A program made the translations under genes and the position numbers. 64,000 nt of DNA from Callorhinchus milii (taxonomy: Eukaryota). The notes beneath the pieces were generated by a model, which saw only the letters and a list, made by a program, of their open reading frames with translations, did not search any database and was not told where the DNA came from. The stretch lies in contig NW_024704743.1 of NCBI RefSeq assembly GCF_018977255.1, positions 7,628,001-7,692,000 of the forward strand, given 5' to 3'. The first letter of the stretch is position 1. Each line of letters opens with the position of its first letter. Positions 1-12,600 of the stretch are shown one piece after another.

Positions 1-1036
1 GCAGGATTTAAAAACAGATAGGGAGGGGTGAGATAGTAGAGTAGAGAGAGAGTTTTAGAGTTTAGGGGCGTAATTACTGAAGTTACTGATCGGATATGTG
101 GAGAAGGAAAAGGATTTCAGTGTGATCTTCACTCATTACTACCTGACTCAAAATTGGCGATCTGCTGGGAAATGCCATTCAGATGCCTAATGTGGAAAAC
201 GGAAGTGTGGGGTAACATTTCTGAGTGCTTCATGAAGCACGGGTCAGATTCTGAGAGGGGGGAAGGGGAAGGTGGCCATAGGTGCATTCACGAGGTAGGT
301 TTTGAGGTAGAAAGAGACAAGGCAAGACAGAGATTTAGAGGGAGAGAGTTCCAGAGGTTAAGGCCTTTCATGTCAGCAGAATGTCTCAAAGCATTTCATA
401 GGATTTTACTATGGTTTTACTGTGTAGTGATTGTGTGTTTTGTAGGCAGATGTAGTCTGCGTAGCTTATAAAAAACTAATTTGTGAACGCTTAATGCTAG
501 CACTGAATGTGTGTCAAAGGTGTTAAAAATGTTCTATTTCCCTCCATTATTCACTTTAACTTAAAGAAAATACACTGAATCAATAAATATCATATGAAGC
601 ATTAAAAGCATGTTAATTTTAGCGGATAATACAACAAGACTGCAAAATATCCATCCTTCAGCAGCTTGTTTCACTAATATTTGGGAAAGACTCATCATGA
701 TAAATTAGGCTGGAATTTGTAAGATGTTTAATTTATAGGACTCATGTGATGTTTATTTATATGAATGTTAGTTATACAGTCAAAATCTATGTTGTCGCTA
801 TACTCCTCTGTGGCACTCCAAACATCATGTTTACTTAACAACTCATACCAATTCCAAAATTTTCATAAGTAGCAGACCACAATTTAAATCATCTGTTTAT
901 ACGTCTCCATTTCCCTCACCCTTTCATGTTTTTCTTTGTTCAGCCTTCCTCACATGTTGCTTATATTATGTACATTCAATTCAATGTGAAGGAACCAACG
1001 TTTCAATTTTTCATTCCTTGTATTGTCCTGTAGCAA

Positions 1037-1398
1037 AGTTCTGTAGCATAATGGTTAGAGCACTTGCCTCGCAAGCGAGAAGACTCGGGTTTGATTCTCT
1101 GGGCAGGGTGAAATCTTAGGCAAGTTTCCTTACTCCACACTCCTCTGGTTACCTAGCAGTAAATAGGAACCAGGTTGTTAGTCGATTGGCAGATCACTTT
1201 CTGGGGGTAATAACCCCTTCAAAAAAAAATTTGGTCACTCAGTCCACGACTGTTAGTGGGACACTGCTGTGCGCAATTGGTATATTTCCACAAAAATATA
1301 CAGTCATTGCACTATACGGTATACTTTGTGAAGCGTTTTGAGACGTCTCGACAAAGTGATAAGGTGCTTTAGCAAATTCAAGGATTATTACTATTATT
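1037..1398 (+). mobile_element. tRNA-derived SINE, long form (mirror copy ~15870-16236, minus strand)
   Basis: A-box-like TAGCATAATGG, B-box-like GGTTTGATTC, body CTTAGGCAAGTTTCCTTACTCCACAC, tail CAAGGATTATTA. Confidence 0.9.
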
Positions 1399-2574
1399 GT
1401 TTTAGTTAGTGTTAATTTGAGGCAATGTGGCATTGAACAAAGTCTAACACATACTGTAGTACCTTTATCATTGTCAATGAAATATCTTACAACTCTTCAC
1501 TGAAGTTTTTGGACTGAATTTATAGACAAATGCGACAGCCAATTTGCACATGGCAATGTCCCACAAACAGTCATGAAGTGAATCACAAATTTTATCTGGG
1601 GGGGATTGTTGGCCAGAACACTGAGAGAAACTCCCTTGATATAAATTACGTGCAGAATAAAAGTCCCACTACACAGCCAAACAGTTGAATTCAAAGGTCA
1701 CTTTTGACTAGGGATGGTTTAGAGTTCAATCTAGAATGAGTGAGAAAAGGTGACATTAAAAAGGGGGTATTGTCCCATACTTATACGTGCAATATGTGCA
1801 GTGCCATTTTTTATAGCCCAGTGTGATAAACAAGAAGCTGTTTTATCAAGTTGATCTGAACTCTGCTATCTCAGGGGGAATGGGTCTTGCAGTCCAACTC
1901 GATGTAATAATAATAATCCTTGCATTTGATATAGTGCCTTATCACATCTTCGAGACGTCTCAAAATAACTCTGGAGTTTCCACTCTGGGAGATAATCAAG
2001 GTGCCCCCAAACTACAGTTGAATAATTCAATATACAATAAGATTGTTTTCTTCAATAGCACGTTTCAACCACGTTTGGCATTTTATTCCGTTTTAAGCTT
2101 GTTTACAGAATTCTGGACCTCAGATAGAATTCTGTTTGTTTGTTAGATGTTTTGTATTGCCTGCCCATGGTTTCACTATCACAGCCGTAACTCAGCTAGT
2201 TTGTATACCCAAAGTAATAAAAAGCAATAAGCTCCCATAGTGAAAGTTAATTTCTTCCTTCTGTGTATATACAATTAATGTCTGTCAACTATCTGCAGAT
2301 TTGCACCTCAGCAAATTCCATCTTGTTAAAATTTTAAGTTGGAAAGTTTCACATTTTTTGTGGATTTGCTGACCATTTCAGAGCTGGCACTACCTTCCTT
2401 CATGCCCCCCACCGCAAACCCCCAACCCTCCCCACCACGTCAGTGGTTTCCCCCTTAAATGTCTCTTCTCTCATGAAAAAGGCCTAACCTATCCACTCTA
2501 ACCTGCCAGCCCTGATATCATCCTAGTTAAAAAAATAGGAGGATTATAGCCTCTACGAGATGTCCTTATGTCCT

Positions 2575-2740
2575 CAAATTGGTCGTTCGATGTTTGTGGG
2601 ACATTGCTGTGTGCAAATTGGCCACCGCGATTGCCCACAAATACACAGCCACTCCACTTCACAGTAAATTCTGTGAAGCGCTTTGGGATGTCCTCCCAAC
2701 ATGAAAAGTGCTGTACCAAATGCAAGGATTATTATTATTA
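2575..2740 (+). mobile_element. SINE 3' half (mirror ~14513-14680, minus strand)
   Basis: TGTTTGTGGGACATTGCTGTG...GAAGCGCTTTGGGATGTCC...TGCAAGGATTATTATT. Confidence 0.85.
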
Positions 2741-5139
2741 CATAGAATTACATACTGTTCCATCACAAAAACAGGCCAACTAGTCCATATGGGTGATTAC
2801 AGTACACATGAATTTCCTCCACTCCTATACCCCTCTATTCCTTTCTCCCTCATTGTGCACCAAGGTTCTTCTTAAAAATATTGATACTTTCTGCTTCAGT
2901 CACAGCTTCCAGGAGTTTCACATTCTCACCAGCCTCTGTGTCAGAAGTTCCTCAAATGTATTATGGACAACCAAGAAACTAACCATTTGCACACTGAATA
3001 TTAGTGTTCCAGGATGCCAGCTTTGGTTTAGATACTAACTGAGGAAAATTGCATCCAATTTCAGATTGAATTTAAGACATTTTGCACAATTCTGCATAAA
3101 ATCAAATTGAAGACAATGGCCTTACAACTAAAATCATGAGAAAATGAGTCTCAGATCCCCAAGAGGATGCTACCAAAGATGTGTCTGATTTGCTCAAAAG
3201 TGACACATCTTACTTGCTCAAAAGTGATAATGTTATGCCTAAAAATAGGAAGAAGATTAGAAGATACTTGCTTTTGGTAGTTTGATAGGCAAGAAGTCTG
3301 ATTTGCTTCACTTCCTTGACAATAGACCTCTTGTTAGAAGTCACATATAAACAATAATTTAAAGGTTTTCACTTGTCTTAGTACAGGAAGTGGCTGTGGT
3401 AGAATCACTTTGGATGACAAAGGCTAAATATCATTGTTCTTGCTATCAAAACTGTGGGAACTAAATGATCCTTCCCCTGAAATGCCTCTCAAATTGCAAA
3501 CATGGATGTTTTCCAAGAAACATAAGGACTTGGAACCGTATGGCTTCCATAATTCTGGTTGTGACATTATGCAGACTAGACTGAACCAAGTTTATATTTT
3601 TCCCCTGAATTGGTTGAAATGAGTAACCACAGACTGAGTCAGCACATTACAACTCTGGTTTATGTGCTTATTTTCTGAACAACATTAGTTGATGCTGGTG
3701 AAGGGGTGGGGGGGGAGGGTTTGGGGAGAGAAACATGTTTTTGTTACAACTTGAACACCATGCAACATTGTGAAAATCACTGTTAAGGCCAATTTTCTCT
3801 TTATCTGTGTATTCACATGCGTACACATACACTTTCCAGCAGAATCGGTCAGGAATAGAAATCCATTTCTATTGAATTTCGGATCTTTTTCTATTGATTT
3901 TTTTCTATTGAATTTCAGATCTTCCCAGTCTTTGTGGTTCATAGTTGATATGGTTCAACACCACACCAAGCAGCACCTCTGATAATTGACAACCCTGAAT
4001 CTTTGTAACCGATGAGCACCTTTCAAGTCGGGAAGACGTCTCAAAATGCTTCAACACCAACACTTGCATTTATATATAGCGCTCTTTATGCAGGATAGCT
4101 TCCCAGAACACTGTACAGTGATGGGATTAGACGCCGAGAAAGGGAGAGAGGGAGGTGATCGCAGGCACAGTCGAAGTGGTAGATTATAAAGTGGGATTCA
4201 AAGAAAAAGAGGGTGGGGGGTGCGTTGGAGGGATTCAAATCTTGAACAGGGGCATTCAATTCCTGCTACACAAGATTTTACTGCGAAGTGAATTAACTGT
4301 ATTTTGTAGGCGAATGTGGCAGACAATTTATACACCGTAATTAGGTTAAATCCCGTATGGTGCTTCCAAAATCTCGGGATTCATTGAAGGGAATGGGACT
4401 TTGCTATGTGCAAATTGGCTGCTATGTTCACTTACAATATATATGAGTACGTGCTACAGTAAGTCCTATGGAACACTTTGAGATGTTTCGACAACATGAT
4501 AAAGCGCGATATCTAATGCAAGAATTATGATTTGAATCAAAACTAAATAAATCATCAAACTAATTTAAATGATTGTAAATCAGAAATGTCAATAAAACCA
4601 CTGCTTTGCAATGGTCATTTCAGAAAAGAGTTTATTTAAAAACATGGTTTAACAGAGAAAAAAACATGTTTATGGAAATAAATAAAAAAAATAATAAAAG
4701 TGTTTAGCTACGCAATTCTCGTAAATGTTCTTTGTTGTTTTCTGTAAGTTGTTTTATTTCTTAACTGCTGCTATGATCTAGGCAAGCCTGAAAGATGGAA
4801 ACTTGCCCATCTCCAGGACTTTGCAAATTCAAAGCAACCCTTAGATATAATTTTGATGGAACTTGTAATCAAAACACTAGTAAAATTATATAATACTCCA
4901 TCGACAACGATTTACTGTAAAATATAGTGACTTTGTATTTGTAGCCCAGCGCAACAACCAATTTGTGCACCAACATGGTGGGGGAGAGGCATGAAGAGGT
5001 CAATGTTTGCTGAAGAGGTCAAGAAACCTGTCATTTTAGGGAAAAAACAGCATTTATCAAGTTAAACCTTCACTGGGAAGGTTATGAACAGCAAATTGAA
5101 TGTCCACAAAATGCCATTGAGTGAGTGACTAATTCTATC

Positions 5140-5290
5140 TGGTGGATTGCTGGCCAAGGCACCAGGAGAAACTGCCTTCTCTTTTTGAAAAGTGCCATGG
5201 GATCTTAACATCTATCCGAACAGGTAGACAAGACTTCAGTTTAACATCTCATCCAAAGGACAACACCGCCTACAATGTAGCACATCCCCA
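5140..5290 (-). mobile_element. Deu-domain SINE fragment (mirror ~11970-12120, plus strand)
   Basis: Minus strand TGTCCTTTGGATGAGATGTTAAAC...AGATCCCATGGCAC...TCTCCTGGTGCCTTGGCCA resembles the Deu core of AmnSINE1/SacSINE1-type SINEs, recognised from memory. Confidence 0.75.
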
Positions 5291-5315
5291 ATATTTATTG
5301 TGAATTATTTATTAT

Positions 5316-6778
5316 TCACTTCAAACGACAAGTGCAAAGAGGTCCTAGACTTCTTTGTGTCAAAGATTGAAAATATCCCCTTGGCTGCATTCTCCCCTAC
5401 GTCCCCTTCCACACCCCCTAGACTGTCTACTACATCCCCTCCTTCCACCACAGCCCCAACCACTCCCCCCATCCTACACTCCTTTGTCCCAATTACTCCC
5501 ACGTCCCTCTCAACCACCATCTCCCAGATGAAACCCACCACCTGCTGCCTCGACCCCCTCTCCACTTAGCTGCTGGCCACCCAACTTGCCCTCCTCTCCC
5601 CGCTGCTGGCCGACACAGACAACCAGTCACTCTCCTCAGGTTCTGTTCTCTCATCCCTCACAACTGCTGTCATCACTCCCCTCCTCAAAAAACTCACCCT
5701 TGACCCCTCCAACCTCACAAATTACCGTCCCGTGTCCAACCTGCCCTTCCTCGCCAATGCTCTGGAATGCATTGCCGCACAGAGATGACGCTTGTCAAGG
5801 TCACAAACAACGTCCTCTCTCTCTGTGACCAGGGTTCCTTCTGCCTCCTTGTCCTCCTGGATCTCTCCACCGCGTTCAACACAGTCGACCACGCCATCCT
5901 CATCCAATGCCTCTCCTCCCTCATCTACCTCAGCCTGGTTTGAGTCCTACCTAACAAATTGCCTTCAAATTGCAGTGGAGTCCTGCAGCTCGGTGGTTAG
6001 AGCACTCTTTGCAAATGAGAGAGCTGGGTTCAATTCCCAGCAGGGTGAAACCTTGGGCAAGTTTCCTTACTCCACACGCCTGATAATAATCCCTCAAGAA
6101 AAAAACAAAAATAAATTGGCCACTTCAATCCACGACTGTTTGTGGGACACTGCTGTGCCCAATTGGCTGCCACGTTTCACCCACAAATATACAGTCAATT
6201 CACTTTACAGTGTATTCTGTGAAGCGCTTTGACACATCTAGAAGACGTGAAAAGTGCTATATCAAATGCAAGGATTATTATTAATTATTATTCACTTTAC
6301 CTCCTCAAACGGCTTCTTCTCCCACCTCCACCTGGTACCCAGGGCTCCATCCATGGCCTCTTCCTCATCTATATGCTTCCTCTTGGTGGTGTCATCCACA
6401 GACATGGGGTAAACTTCCACAAAATGACACACAAATCTACTTCTCCTCCACCAGCTGCGACTCCAGGTCTACCGATGTTCCTCAGACACAGGATCCAACT
6501 GATCCAAAACTCTGCCGCCCACATACTCACCTGCACTAAACCCTGTACCCCCATCACACCAGTTCTAGCCAGGCTCCACTGGTTCCTTATCGCCGAACGG
6601 ATCGATTTCATGATCCTCACACTCGTTTTGAAATCCCTTCATGCCCTGGCACCTCCCTACCTCTCTGAGCTGCTTACCCCCCAACCCACAATCTGCTGCC
6701 TCTGCTCTGCATGTCCCTCGTGCCCTCCGTTCCACCATTAGTGGCCGCACTTTCAGCCACTACGTCCCGAAACTCTGG
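5316..6778 (+). mobile_element. Degenerate L2 (CR1/L2 group) LINE ORF2 reverse-transcriptase relic, interrupted by a SINE
   Basis: Translated motifs MKPTTCCLDP, ITPLLKK.TLDPSNLTNYRPVSNLPFL, LVLLDLSTAFNTVDHAIL and IQNSAAHILT...PITPVLARLHW, with stops and frameshifts. Confidence 0.92.
5976..6291 (+). mobile_element. tRNA-derived SINE, short form, nested in L2 (mirror ~10965-11281, minus strand)
   Basis: GTGGAGTCCTGCAGCTCGGTGGTTAGAGC head and TGCAAGGATTATTATT tail. Confidence 0.92.
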
Positions 6779-7339
6779 ATTTGACTTTAAATTCAGAATA
6801 ATTTTGCTGGATATTTATCATGTGCTTTCAATTATATTTTTTAAGGAGAAGAAATAGAACAAGAGGGAAAAGAAAGGCTGAGGGAAGAATAACATTTTTG
6901 CTTTTGACTCAAAGAGCATTCATTTTATCTGTAAACCTCCTTAATTGTTAGGATTTACTTAAACCAAAAAAGGCATGTGGGTATCAGATATCACCCCTGT
7001 TCTGTCCTTAGGGAGCACTTAATTATTCTGCTTCGTAAATTTAGTGCAGTTCTCCCATAATCTCCGCACTTCCCTGTTTCAATCTCTCTGCCTCCCTTAA
7101 AGGTTTAAAAGTTTAAATCTTTAAATCCCACCTAAAGACCTATCTCTTCTACCGTACTTATGATGACCACCCCTAACCCTTGTCTGTTGCTCAGCGTCCA
7201 ACCTTGCCACTATGCAGCGCTCCAAGACACGATCATTCTTGAAGGGTGTTAGATAAATACACATTGTGCATCAAGTCCTGAATGAGAGCTAACTTTCTAC
7301 AGCTGAGCTTCAACAAGACCGAGCCCCTCCACAGGTGCT

Positions 7340-7641
7340 GACAGTATCATCATCCATGGATTCACACTCCACTTCACTGAACCTTGGCATCTTGTTTGAC
7401 CTTCAACTATCCTTTCTCCCCCACATCTGTGCCATGACCCTCTCTGCCTTCCCCCACCTTTCCAACATTGCCCGGCTCTATGACTCGTCAACCCTCAGGC
7501 CACCGAAACCCTCATCCACGTGTTCCTCACATCTAGGCTCGACTATGCCAGCTTGTTGGCTTCCCCAACTCTTTTCACCACAGGCTGCAGATCATCCAGC
7601 ACTCTGTAGCTCATGTCCTCTCCTGCACAAGGCTCCGTGAC
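7340..7641 (+). mobile_element. L2 ORF2 C-terminal fragment truncated at the IR1 inner junction (mirror 9615-9915, minus strand)
   Basis: NLGILFDLQLSFLPHI...NIARL, SRLDY, RLQIIQHSVAHVLSCTRLRD. Confidence 0.88.
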
Positions 7642-7785
7642 GGAGAGGGTGGAACAGAACAGAGAGAAAGAGAGTGGAAACAGAGAGAGAGTAAAAAAAA
7701 GAGAGAAATAAATAAGGTTAGAACTGGACACAAAGACAGAGAAAGAAAAAGGGTAGAAACACAGAGAGAGAGAGGGAGAGAGAGG
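7642..7785. repeat. Purine-rich (GA)n low-complexity tract
   Basis: Mostly A and G, with GAGAGA runs. Confidence 0.8.
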
Positions 7786-7908
7786 CTGAGTTGGCTGCTG
7801 TGAAGGGTCGCATCCTTCAGCTCAGTCAGTGGGTTAACTCTCCCCGTGTGTGAGTGTGTGTGAGAGACACAGAAACTTTCTGAACTCCAGGGGCTCAGAG
7901 GGGAAAAG

Positions 7909-9182
7909 CCCCCTCACCCCCCCAGCCTCAACCCCCTCACCCCCCCCAGCCTCAACCCCCTCACCCCCCCAGCCTCAACCCCCTCACCCCCCCAGCCTCA
8001 ACCCCCTCACCCCCCAGCCTCAACCCCCTCACCCCCCAGCCTCAACCCCCTCACCCCCCCAGCCTCAACCCCCTCACCCCCCCAGCCTCAACCCCCTCAC
8101 CCCCCCAGCCTCAACCCCCTCACCCCCCCCAGCCTCAACCCCTCACCCCCCAGCCTCAACCCCTCACCCCCCAGCCTCAACCCCCTCACCCCCCCACCTC
8201 ACCAGCCTCAACCCCCTCACCCCCAGCCTCAACCCCCTCACCCCCCAGCCTCAACCCCCCCAGCCTCAACCCCTCACCCCCCACCTCACCAGCCTCAACC
8301 CCTCACCCCCAGCCTCAACCCCCTCACCCCCCCAGCCTCAACCCCCTCACCCCCCCAGCCTCAACCCCCTCACCCCCCCACCTCACCAGCCTCAACCCCT
8401 CACCCCCCCAGCCTCAACCCCCTCACCCCCCCAACATCACCAGCCTCACCCCCAACCTCACCAGCCTCACCTCCCAACCTCACCAGCCTCACCCCCCTCA
8501 CCCCCACCTCAACCCCCTCAACCCCCAACCTCACCAGCCTCACCCCCCAACCTCACCCCTCAACCTCACCAGCCTCACCCCCTCACCCCCCCAGCCTCAA
8601 CCTCACCCCCCAGCCTCACACCCCCTCACCCCCCAGCCTCAACCCCCTCACCCCCCAGCCTCAACCCCCTCACCCCCCCAGCCTCAACCCCCTCACCCCC
8701 CAGCCTCAACCCCCTCACCCCCCAGCCTCAACCCCTCACCCCCCAGCCTCAACCCCTCACCCCAGCCTCACCCCCTCAACCTCACCAGCCTCACCCCCTC
8801 AACCTCACCAGCCTTCAACCTCACCAGCCACACCCCCAACCTCACCAGCCTCACCCCCCAACCTCACCAGCCTCACCCCCCAACCTCACCAGCCTCACCT
8901 CCCCAACCTCACCAGCCTCACCCCCTCAACCTCACCAGCCTCACCCCCCTCAACCTCACCAGCCTCACCCCCCTCAACCTCACCAGCCCCCTCAACCTCA
9001 CCAGCCTCACCCCCCTCAACCTCACCAGCCGCCCCTACCCAGCCCCCAGCTTCACCACCCCACCTCACCAGCCTCAGCCCCACCAACCTCACCAGCCCCT
9101 ACCGAGCCTCCAGCCTCACCCCCCCCAGCCCCACACCCCAGCCTCACCGGCCCCCAGCCTCACCGGCCCCAGCCCCCAGCCT
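7909..9182. repeat. C-rich degenerate minisatellite / low-complexity array (about 22-24-nt units, e.g. CCCCCTCACCCCCCCAGCCTCAA)
   Basis: Tandem units read directly. The minus strand is G-run rich (TTGAGGCTGGGGGGGTGAGGGGG). Confidence 0.95.
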
Positions 9183-9614
9183 GTGTGTACCTGTGTGCAG
9201 TTAGTTGTAAACTCTGTAACACATTGAGGCTCAGTGCAGGTTAGTTGTTTGCTGCTCCTCACTCACTCACTCACTCACACACTTTTTTTGTTTAAATGCT
9301 CTTTGTTTTAGAGGTGTTTATGTTTTCTAAGAGGCGGGCAGGCTGGTGCTCTGGTTGTGTGGATGGCAGGAGTGAGTGCCAGTGTTTAGCAGATGCTGCT
9401 TATAGTGGGGGAAACAGGGGATGGGTTCCTATTCTTACTTAACACAGTGAGTGAGTTCCTGCACTGTGACTGGCACCCTCTTCCCCTCCCCCCTCTCTCT
9501 CATACACACACACACACACACACAGGAGCACCATCTGTCTATACCATTAACTTCACCATGCACTGTTTGTCTCCCTTTCCCCTTCATCTAATTTCCCCTT
9601 TAAATGCAACTTGA

Positions 9615-12600
9615 GTCACGGAGCCTTGTGCAGGAGAGGACATGAGCTACAGAGTGCTGGATGATCTGCAGCCTGTGGTGAAAAGAGTTGGGGAAGCCAA
9701 CAAGCTGGCATAGTCGAGCCTAGATGTGAGGAACACGTGGATGAGGGTTTCGGTGGCCTGAGGGTTGACGAGTCATAGAGCCGGGCAATGTTGGAAAGGT
9801 GGGGAAGGCAGAGAGGGTCATGGCACAGATGTGGGGGAGAAAGGATAGTTGAAGGTCAAACAAGATGCCAAGGTTCAGTGAAGTGGAGTGTGAATCCATG
9901 GATGATGATACTGTCAGCACCTGTGGAGGGGCTCGGTCTTGTTGAAGCTCAGCTGTAGAAAGTTAGCTCTCATTCAGGACTTGATGCACAATGTGTATTT
10001 ATCTAACACCCTTCAAGAATGATCGTGTCTTGGAGCGCTGCATAGTGGCAAGGTTGGACGCTGAGCAACAGACAAGGGTTAGGGGTGGTCATCATAAGTA
10101 CGGTAGAAGAGATAGGTCTTTAGGTGGGATTTAAAGATTTAAACTTTTAAACCTTTAAGGGAGGCAGAGAGATTGAAACAGGGAAGTGCGGAGATTATGG
10201 GAGAACTGCACTAAATTTACGAAGCAGAATAATTAAGTGCTCCCTAAGGACAGAACAGGGGTGATATCTGATACCCACATGCCTTTTTTGGTTTAAGTAA
10301 ATCCTAACAATTAAGGAGGTTTACAGATAAAATGAATGCTCTTTGAGTCAAAAGCAAAAATGTTATTCTTCCCTCAGCCTTTCTTTTCCCTCTTGTTCTA
10401 TTTCTTCTCCTTAAAAAATATAATTGAAAGCACATGATAAATATCCAGCAAAATTATTCTGAATTTAAAGTCAAATCCAGAGTTTCGGGACGTAGTGGCT
10501 GAAAGTGCGGCCACTAATGGTGGAACGGAGGGCACGAGGGACATGCAGAGCAGAGGCAGCAGATTGTGGGTTGGGGGGTAAGCAGCTCAGAGAGGTAGGG
10601 AGGTGCCAGGGCATGAAGGGATTTCAAAACGAGTGTGAGGATCATGAAATCGATCCGTTCGGCGATAAGGAACCAGTGGAGCCTGGCTAGAACTGGTGTG
10701 ATGGGGGTACAGGGTTTAGTGCAGGTGAGTATGTGGGCGGCAGAGTTTTGGATCAGTTGGATCCTGTGTCTGAGGAACATCGGTAGACCTGGAGTCGCAG
10801 CTGGTGGAGGAGAAGTAGATTTGTGTGTCATTTTGTGGAAGTTTACCCCATGTCTGTGGATGACACCACCAAGAGGAAGCATATAGATGAGGAAGAGGCC
10901 ATGGATGGAGCCCTGGGTACCAGGTGGAGGTGGGAGAAGAAGCCGTTTGAGGAGGTAAAGTGAATAATAATTAATAATAATCCTTGCATTTGATATAGCA
11001 CTTTTCACGTCTTCTAGATGTGTCAAAGCGCTTCACAGAATACACTGTAAAGTGAATTGACTGTATATTTGTGGGTGAAACGTGGCAGCCAATTGGGCAC
11101 AGCAGTGTCCCACAAACAGTCGTGGATTGAAGTGGCCAATTTATTTTTGTTTTTTTTCTTGAGGGATTATTATCAGGCGTGTGGAGTAAGGAAACTTGCC
11201 CAAGGTTTCACCCTGCTGGGAATTGAACCCAGCTCTCTCATTTGCAAAGAGTGCTCTAACCACCGAGCTGCAGGACTCCACTGCAATTTGAAGGCAATTT
11301 GTTAGGTAGGACTCAAACCAGGCTGAGGTAGATGAGGGAGGAGAGGCATTGGATGAGGATGGCGTGGTCGACTGTGTTGAACGCGGTGGAGAGATCCAGG
11401 AGGACAAGGAGGCAGAAGGAACCCTGGTCACAGAGAGAGAGGACGTTGTTTGTGACCTTGACAAGCGTCATCTCTGTGCGGCAATGCATTCCAGAGCATT
11501 GGCGAGGAAGGGCAGGTTGGACACGGGACGGTAATTTGTGAGGTTGGAGGGGTCAAGGGTGAGTTTTTTGAGGAGGGGAGTGATGACAGCAGTTGTGAGG
11601 GATGAGAGAACAGAACCTGAGGAGAGTGACTGGTTGTCTGTGTCGGCCAGCAGCGGGGAGAGGAGGGCAAGTTGGGTGGCCAGCAGCTAAGTGGAGAGGG
11701 GGTCGAGGCAGCAGGTGGTGGGTTTCATCTGGGAGATGGTGGTTGAGAGGGACGTGGGAGTATAATTGGGACAAAGGAGTGTAGGATGGGGGGAGTGGTT
11801 GGGGCTGTGGTGGAAGGAGGGGATGTAGTAGACAGTCTAGGGGGTGGAAGGGGACGTAGGGGAGAATGCAGCCAAGGGGATATTTTCAATCTTTGACACA
11901 AAGAAGTCTAGGACCTCTTTGCACTTGTCGTTTGAAGTGAATAATAAATAATTCACAATAAATATTGGGGATGTGCTACATTGTAGGCGGTGTTGTCCTT
12001 TGGATGAGATGTTAAACTGAAGTCTTGTCTACCTGTTCGGATAGATGTTAAGATCCCATGGCACTTTTCAAAAAGAGAAGGCAGTTTCTCCTGGTGCCTT
12101 GGCCAGCAATCCACCAGATAGAATTAGTCACTCACTCAATGGCATTTTGTGGACATTCAATTTGCTGTTCATAACCTTCCCAGTGAAGGTTTAACTTGAT
12201 AAATGCTGTTTTTTCCCTAAAATGACAGGTTTCTTGACCTCTTCAGCAAACATTGACCTCTTCATGCCTCTCCCCCACCATGTTGGTGCACAAATTGGTT
12301 GTTGCGCTGGGCTACAAATACAAAGTCACTATATTTTACAGTAAATCGTTGTCGATGGAGTATTATATAATTTTACTAGTGTTTTGATTACAAGTTCCAT
12401 CAAAATTATATCTAAGGGTTGCTTTGAATTTGCAAAGTCCTGGAGATGGGCAAGTTTCCATCTTTCAGGCTTGCCTAGATCATAGCAGCAGTTAAGAAAT
12501 AAAACAACTTACAGAAAACAACAAAGAACATTTACGAGAATTGCGTAGCTAAACACTTTTATTATTTTTTTTATTTATTTCCATAAACATGTTTTTTTCT

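Larger units (their letters stand above)
1..7641 (+). repeat. Giant inverted repeat IR1, left arm (may extend upstream of the window)
   Basis: Base 1 pairs with 17271 and base 7641 with 9615. ORF translations are mirrored (154..471+ = 16801..17118-; 6229..6741+ = 10514..11026-). Confidence 0.98.

Noticed and set aside
6229..6741. 170-aa ORF and its mirror
   Set aside because: A chimeric reading of a SINE tail and a decayed L2 ORF2, not a functional gene.
7909..9182. Telomeric or immunoglobulin switch repeat
   Set aside because: No (TTAGGG)n array, no AGCT clusters, and no Ig exons or RSS recognised nearby.
7850..9244. 464-aa Pro/Gln/His-rich ORF
   Set aside because: It is open only because the C-rich repeat lacks stop codons. 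It starts at GTG, its frames shift with homopolymer length, and it has no domain.
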